Assembly (NCBI GenBank): GCA_963677485.1
Contig: OY781964.1
Location: 512,001 to 576,000, forward strand
Direction: 5' to 3'
Source of the DNA: Armatimonadota bacterium
GTDB taxonomy: Bacteria; Armatimonadota; HRBIN16
Length of the DNA: 64,000 nucleotides
The notes beneath the pieces were generated by a model. That model worked only from the letters and a program-made list of their open reading frames with translations. It was not told where the DNA came from and did no database searches. How positions within the stretch are numbered: the stretch's first letter is position 1; each line of letters opens with the position of its first letter. The translations under genes and the position numbers were made by a program. This document shows, piece after piece, positions 58,487 through 64,000 of the stretch.

Positions 58487-59926
58487 ATGAGAGACCTGGC
58501 CAAACTGGCTCTGGACCGTGCCCAACAGATGGGTGCTTCATATGCAGATGCTCGCATCATGAGCATCCACAAGCAGTTCATCAACTGTGAAGATGAACGG
58601 CTCGCTTCCGCGTCTGAGACAACAGACACTGGCATAGGCATCCGTGTGATCTGCCAGGGTGCCTGGGGATTTGGATCGACAAATATCCTGACAGCCGATG
58701 GGGTTCAGGCAGCGGCCACTCAGGCCGTGGCGTTGGCAAAGGCCACTGCGGGTATGAGGCAGTCGCCGGTAGGTCTGGCTGCTGAGGCCGCCCACAACAT
58801 CTATTTCGAAGGCCCATGCCAGATCGACCCCTTCGACATCCCGGTGTCTGACAAAGCGAGTCTGCTCATCGGCGTCAACCGGCTGCTGCTCAGCTACCCC
58901 AAGATCAAACGGGCCACCGCCTACATGAGCTTTGTACATGAACAACGCATACTGCTCACGTCTGAGGGCTCGGACCTGGAGAGTCGTGTCACCATCAGCG
59001 CCTGCGGTTACACAGCCACCGCGGTTGGTGATGGTGATGCGCAGTCACGCAGCTACGCCCCTGCCCCGATGTCCGCCGGATATGAGAACATCCTGAACGC
59101 CGACCTGGTGGGCCACACCCAGCATATCGCCGAAGAGGCACTGGAGCACTTGATGGCCCCAGACTGTGAAGATGGGCCGACGGATTTGATCCTTGACCCT
59201 TATCATCTCTCCCTCACGATGCACGAGTCGGTCGGCCATGCCACCGAACTTGACCGTATCCTGGGTTACGAAGAGAGCCTGGCGGGCCGCAGTTTTGCCA
59301 CAGTAGACAAGCTAGGCAAGCTGCAGTATGGGTCACCACTGGTAAACTTCGTAGCTGATGGCAACCTGCTGGGCGGTCTAGCCAGTATGGGATTTGATGA
59401 CGATGGTGTGCCCGCCCAAACTTACCACATCATCAAGGATGGCATCTACAACAATGTCAGCATGGGCCGTGAAGTGGCGGCTGAGATGGGTTGGGAGCGC
59501 AGTCTGGGCAGTTGCCGTGCAGACCACTGGAGCAGCATCCCTATCGTGCGAATACCCAACCTCAGCCTGATGCCTGGCCCATCACCTCTCGCATTGGAAG
59601 ACCTGATCGCTGACACCAGAAATGGCATCTACATAGAAGGTATGGGCAGCTTCAGTATCGATCAGATGCGTCAGAATTTCCAGTTCGGGGGCGATGCGTT
59701 CTGGAAGATCAAGAACGGCCGCCTGGTGGGAATGCTCAAGAATGTGACATACCAAAGCATTACAGAGCCGTTTTGGAACAGTTGTGATGCGATCTGCGAC
59801 CAGCGATTCTGGGTGCCAAATGGTGTGTTGAACTGCGGTAAGGGTGATCCAATGCAGATAGCCCGCATGACCCACGGGGCAGCTCCAGCCAGGTTCCGGC
59901 AAGTCCAAGTAAGACGAGCGAGGTAA
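58487..59926 (+). CDS. tldD: TldD metalloprotease
   Basis: YADAR, GIGIRV...GAWGF, HESVGHATELDR, FDDDG and CGKG. Confidence 0.9.
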   Translation: MRDLAKLALDRAQQMGASYADARIMSIHKQFINCEDERLASASETTDTGIGIRVICQGAWGFGSTNILTADGVQAAATQAVALAKATAGMRQSPVGLAAEAAHNIYFEGPCQIDPFDIPVSDKASLLIGVNRLLLSYPKIKRATAYMSFVHEQRILLTSEGSDLESRVTISACGYTATAVGDGDAQSRSYAPAPMSAGYENILNADLVGHTQHIAEEALEHLMAPDCEDGPTDLILDPYHLSLTMHESVGHATELDRILGYEESLAGRSFATVDKLGKLQYGSPLVNFVADGNLLGGLASMGFDDDGVPAQTYHIIKDGIYNNVSMGREVAAEMGWERSLGSCRADHWSSIPIVRIPNLSLMPGPSPLALEDLIADTRNGIYIEGMGSFSIDQMRQNFQFGGDAFWKIKNGRLVGMLKNVTYQSITEPFWNSCDAICDQRFWVPNGVLNCGKGDPMQIARMTHGAAPARFRQVQVRRAR

Positions 59927-59932
59927 CACGAG

Positions 59933-61864
59933 ATGCCCAACACAGATTCTGAATTCCATCTGCGGCTGATCACCGGCTTGAAAACAGCAGCAGAACTCTC
60001 CACAGGTGATTACACACCTGAGCAGGCACTACGCGGGCTCATGCAGGTGGCTTGCGACATCACACAAGCCAGCAGTGGAGCTATTGGTTTGCTGGAAGAT
60101 GAAGGCACGACTCTGCACATCGTGGCCGCTGCCGGCGAGAATGGAGAAAACGTGCTGGGCATGCGTACCCGGTTGCAGGATAGCATCATGAGCAGTGTGT
60201 TTGATGGTGATGGACACGCACAGGAGCTGCCCGAGAGCACACAGTCCACCGCGGTACGCCCGCTGGTTTGCCAGAACGAGTTTGTAGGCGCGGTGGTGGT
60301 GATGAACCGCATCGGCGGCACACGCTTTAGCGAGAACGACCTGGATGCGTTGCAGATGTTGACCGCCTTCATCGTCAGCGTGACCAGCCGGGCACAGCTT
60401 CAGCGCACATCGATCAAGCAGAAGGCGCAACTGGAGGTGGTCTACGAGGCCACCCGTCAGCTCTCCTCCATGGATATCACCCGCCAGTTGGATGGACTGG
60501 TAGAGACCGTCTCCAAGCATCTGGAGCAGACCTATACCGCGCTCTTTTTGTTGATGGACGAAGATGACACACGCCTGCTCTACATTGCCGCGGAACGCGG
60601 GCTTGATGGCGACCAGCGCGAGGTCAGCCTGGACGCGAACACACCCTTCATCGCTCAGCTCATGCAGGATCGCAAGGCCGTGATCTACAACGATGTGGCC
60701 GCTGACCATATCGACCCCATCATTGCGGGCACGATCACTGGATCGATGCTGCTAGCACCCATCTACAGCACCCATGCGCTGGGCTTGCTGGTGGTCGGCT
60801 CTGCCGGCCGCAACGCCTATTCGCACGAAGATGGGGAGTTGATCTCAACGGTTCTGCAACAGGCGGGTCTGGCCTTGGAAAACGCCATGAACTACGAGGA
60901 GCTGCAACGCCGTGAAGTCACTGTGCGGTCGCTATATGAGCTCTCGGACAAGCTCAGCGGTACCTGGCAGCTCGACGAAGCTTTGAATCTGATCGTGAAC
61001 TATGCGCAACAGATGCTGTCGGTTGACCGTTGCGCGGTCTTGCTGCTGGATAAGGAAAACAGCAAACTGACGCTGGCCCAGAGCAAGAATATCCCTGAAG
61101 GAGCATTTCCAGCCAGTATCACACTTAAAAATGATGGGATACTTGCCAACGTAGTTGAGGAGTTGACTCCCCGCGTGATCACCGACCTATCGTGTGATCC
61201 TGACCAACTATGTTCCCTGGCAGGCATCACCTGCAGTATCTGTGCGTTGCCTATCACCTTCCGTAACGAAGTCCTCGGTGTGATATGTGTCGCCTCAGAT
61301 ATACGGCGTGAGTTTTCCGACCGAGACATCACCACGCTTTACATCATCACCAATCACGCGGCAGTGGCTGTCGACAACGCCCATAAACTCGAAGAGGAAC
61401 ATCGCAAATCTGAGGATATGCGGCGTTACTTCATGCGTGCCGCGAACACCGTGCGCAGTCTGCGGAAATCTGAGGCACCCCGCCTCACCGCCAGTTTTGC
61501 CTGCGATGTCACCGACGCCAGTTGTGCGATCTACTACCGCACCTCCCATGACAGTTGCCAGATCATCGCCACCTCTGGTGAAGCCGCGGCGAGCCTTGAG
61601 AATAAACGAGTTGATGCAGCTCATGTGCAGTGGGTTCTGCGTAACCAGCGCCATTTGCTGGTGAACGACATGCGCTCCGATGCCCGCTTCCAGAGCGACC
61701 CCATGGTGCTGCATCATAACATGCGAAGTTGCCTGGTCGCCCCGCTGGAGCTTGGCAGTGAGACCGGTGTGCTGGCACTATACTCGGAGAGCACCCGCGC
61801 CTTCCGCCGGCGCGATGTGGAGATTGTCAACACCATCGCGGAGCTGATCAAGCCCCGGCTGTAG
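59933..61864 (+). CDS. protein composed of four GAF domains
   Basis: Four GAF C-terminal signatures (FSENDL, YSHEDG..ENA, FSDRDI..DNA, FRRRDV); no output domain. Confidence 0.8.
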   Translation: MPNTDSEFHLRLITGLKTAAELSTGDYTPEQALRGLMQVACDITQASSGAIGLLEDEGTTLHIVAAAGENGENVLGMRTRLQDSIMSSVFDGDGHAQELPESTQSTAVRPLVCQNEFVGAVVVMNRIGGTRFSENDLDALQMLTAFIVSVTSRAQLQRTSIKQKAQLEVVYEATRQLSSMDITRQLDGLVETVSKHLEQTYTALFLLMDEDDTRLLYIAAERGLDGDQREVSLDANTPFIAQLMQDRKAVIYNDVAADHIDPIIAGTITGSMLLAPIYSTHALGLLVVGSAGRNAYSHEDGELISTVLQQAGLALENAMNYEELQRREVTVRSLYELSDKLSGTWQLDEALNLIVNYAQQMLSVDRCAVLLLDKENSKLTLAQSKNIPEGAFPASITLKNDGILANVVEELTPRVITDLSCDPDQLCSLAGITCSICALPITFRNEVLGVICVASDIRREFSDRDITTLYIITNHAAVAVDNAHKLEEEHRKSEDMRRYFMRAANTVRSLRKSEAPRLTASFACDVTDASCAIYYRTSHDSCQIIATSGEAAASLENKRVDAAHVQWVLRNQRHLLVNDMRSDARFQSDPMVLHHNMRSCLVAPLELGSETGVLALYSESTRAFRRRDVEIVNTIAELIKPRL

Positions 61865-61916
61865 CGGCAGCGTGGCTGGCCTGCTCTGATCCACACCACT
61901 GGCGTTTAGTCACCCA

Positions 61917-62183
61917 GGGCGATTCGCGAATCGCCCCTACACGGCCCGCGTTCCGGCGGGCGTTGGGATGGCCACCCTCCCCTGCGCCGGTCGTTACATA
62001 ATCTGCGCCATCTGCGTCATCTGTGGATACATACTCCCCATTCGTGTCTCTTCGTGTCCATTCGTGGTTTTAAATGAATCCCTTATACCCTTCGTGCCAA
62101 TCGCCACCCGCCTTGGAACCAGACCGGCGCGGTCTATAGCCTTCTGTGATCGCCAGCGTACTGAAGGACCGCCCCGGACTTAG
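61917..62183. repeat. composite intergenic repeat cluster
   Basis: A REP, an AATCTGCG..ATCTGTGGAT module, an ATTCGTG..ATTCGTGGTT module and an AGACCGGCGCGGTCT half element. Confidence 0.8.
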
Positions 62184-62290
62184 CCAAATGAGCTTGTACC
62201 GGACGGACGAACCATTGACCTACCACATCAATCGATGTTACATTCCACTTGTATGTATAATCGTGACAAAGCAAGCTCAAGGGGTGTGTG

Positions 62291-64000
62291 ATGAACAAAG
62301 CTAGTTGGACAGGAATCCTATCGGCAACTCTCATTCTGGCCGTATCGGTCGGACCTGCATTTTCTGCCATGACCATCGTTGAGTCAGACAACGCATCATT
62401 AGTGACGAGGGTGGAACCAGCGGGCACCAAATGGACGGACAACACCAACGAGGCCGGCTATCAGTTCCCGATGAGTTTTGTGAAGGACAAACCCTCGATG
62501 GCCAGCGGCGGCAGCGCTTTGAGCAGCGGATATGGCTTCCTTCACGGTCCTGGCACTGGAGCTGAGCTGAGCTACACGTTCAGCGGGCAGAACAGCGTAA
62601 GCGTCGGCTTCCTCGCACATGCGCAGGGTCAGATCGCAGAAGTGTATGTTGACGACGTGCTGAAAGCCACGGTGGACACGGAATCCCCAAGCGCGATAGA
62701 CTACGGCGGCGTGGCCGGCACCATGAGAGAGGTCTGCGTCGCGACGGGGTTGAGCAACGGACCGCATACTGTCAGAATCCGTAATACCGGCACTCACAGC
62801 TCCTCTCCCTCAACCGCCTGGGATTCGAACACGACTATGTACGGCGGAAGAGGCACCCAACTGGTCGTTGACTTCATCCGGACGGGTGACTATGCCTTTG
62901 GTACCATTAGTGGAACCGTGACTGATGGTTCAGGCCAACCGATCAAGAACGCCCGGCTGACCTTGAACTCTGGGATAGGTCCGTTTATCGACGGCGACGG
63001 CAGGACAGTCAACTATACCGACGGCGACGGTGGATACAACATCACGGGTCTTTCGGCCGGTAACTATACGCTGACTGTTAATCGGGGTGACCTGATCAAC
63101 GAAACCACCCAAGTGACGGTCACCGGTGGAGCCACCACCACAAAAAACATCTCATTCACTTCCACAGTAAACATCACCAAGCCGCGGCTGATGACACCCA
63201 CAGTCGTGGCCAGAGGCGGCACCATGCTTGCGGAGGTATCCGCACCGTCTGACACCACAGGCTGGGCGATGTCGCTCTTAAACCAGTATAAGACTATTCC
63301 GCTGACCGTGTATGCTTCCTACGGCACGAACAAAATCTGGAACGGCACCCGCCCGGGCTGGAGGCTGACTGCAGCCATCCCCGCAGGGACTCCGCAGGAG
63401 CTGTGGAATCTGACCGTGACGAACTCCGGCGGAACTGGAACGGAGTATAAGTCGGTCAAGGTGGTGGACACATTCGACAAGAACTTCAGCCTGATCCATA
63501 TGACCGACACTCACTGTGACACCAGGTTCTTTTGGGCACCCAATCCTGACAATGACGTCAAGTTCGCGACGATGCTGGAAGAAGCTGATATCATCAACCC
63601 AACATTCATCGCACTGAGCGGGGATTTTTGCCAGAGTCCCGGAATCACCCAGGCGTATGATGAACGAATGATCCCGATACTGCTCAACAACCGGAGTGTC
63701 CCCTGTTTTGTCACCAGGGGCAACCACGAAGCTCCACTTTCGGAGAGTCTACCATTCGATAACTGGTCCTGGGAAACCATGGTGGGACAGCTTACATACG
63801 ATGTCAAAATGGGGCCGATCAGGTTGTTCTGTCACGACGTGATGGCAGCCTCCTCGAAAAGCTGGCTGCAGACGGCATTTGCTGCGAGCCAGATGGATAG
63901 CAGCGATAAACTACGGATAATAGCCACCCATACGGTGAATGGCTTCGCTGGCACGTGGGCCCCCTCTACCCAGCCTTACCCCACCGTGTTGCTTTATGGG
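62291..64000 (+). CDS. secreted multidomain metallophosphoesterase (carboxypeptidase-regulatory-like plus calcineurin-like domains); runs off the window end
   Basis: Open frame from ATG 62291 with a signal peptide, GTISGTVTDGSGQPI, HMTDTH, SGDF and GNHE. Absent from the ORF track because it has no stop in the window. Confidence 0.8.
   Translation, partial: MNKASWTGILSATLILAVSVGPAFSAMTIVESDNASLVTRVEPAGTKWTDNTNEAGYQFPMSFVKDKPSMASGGSALSSGYGFLHGPGTGAELSYTFSGQNSVSVGFLAHAQGQIAEVYVDDVLKATVDTESPSAIDYGGVAGTMREVCVATGLSNGPHTVRIRNTGTHSSSPSTAWDSNTTMYGGRGTQLVVDFIRTGDYAFGTISGTVTDGSGQPIKNARLTLNSGIGPFIDGDGRTVNYTDGDGGYNITGLSAGNYTLTVNRGDLINETTQVTVTGGATTTKNISFTSTVNITKPRLMTPTVVARGGTMLAEVSAPSDTTGWAMSLLNQYKTIPLTVYASYGTNKIWNGTRPGWRLTAAIPAGTPQELWNLTVTNSGGTGTEYKSVKVVDTFDKNFSLIHMTDTHCDTRFFWAPNPDNDVKFATMLEEADIINPTFIALSGDFCQSPGITQAYDERMIPILLNNRSVPCFVTRGNHEAPLSESLPFDNWSWETMVGQLTYDVKMGPIRLFCHDVMAASSKSWLQTAFAASQMDSSDKLRIIATHTVNGFAGTWAPSTQPYPTVLLYG

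Overview
Bacterial chromosomal window of moderately high GC. The lipoprotein style and the CAZyme/UROD-family content suggest Armatimonadota, which is inference only. Housekeeping genes (pyk, lipoate ligase, two ferredoxins, prmA-rsmE, rplU-rpmA-obgE-proB, dapB, mreBCD, rtcB, tldD) are interspersed with many carbohydrate-active enzymes, a sugar ABC transporter and accessory defence modules. The accessory modules are a type I R-M operon (hsdM-hsdS-GxxExxY-hsdR, with an in-frame amber codon in hsdS), an AbiEi/AbiEii pair bracketed by a 36-bp direct repeat, a VapBC-type pair and three tandem ankyrin-repeat paralogues. The intergenic DNA is unusually structured. It holds (1) several families of short triple repeats with an 8-10 bp period, one of which punctuates every junction of the R-M operon around a GxxExxY nuclease gene, (2) two MITE families with TIRs and 8-bp target duplications, and (3) GTAG-type REPs. 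A c-di-AMP (ydaO) riboswitch precedes dapB, and a candidate new structured leader precedes rtcB. No rRNA, tRNA, CRISPR array, transposase or integrase was recognised.
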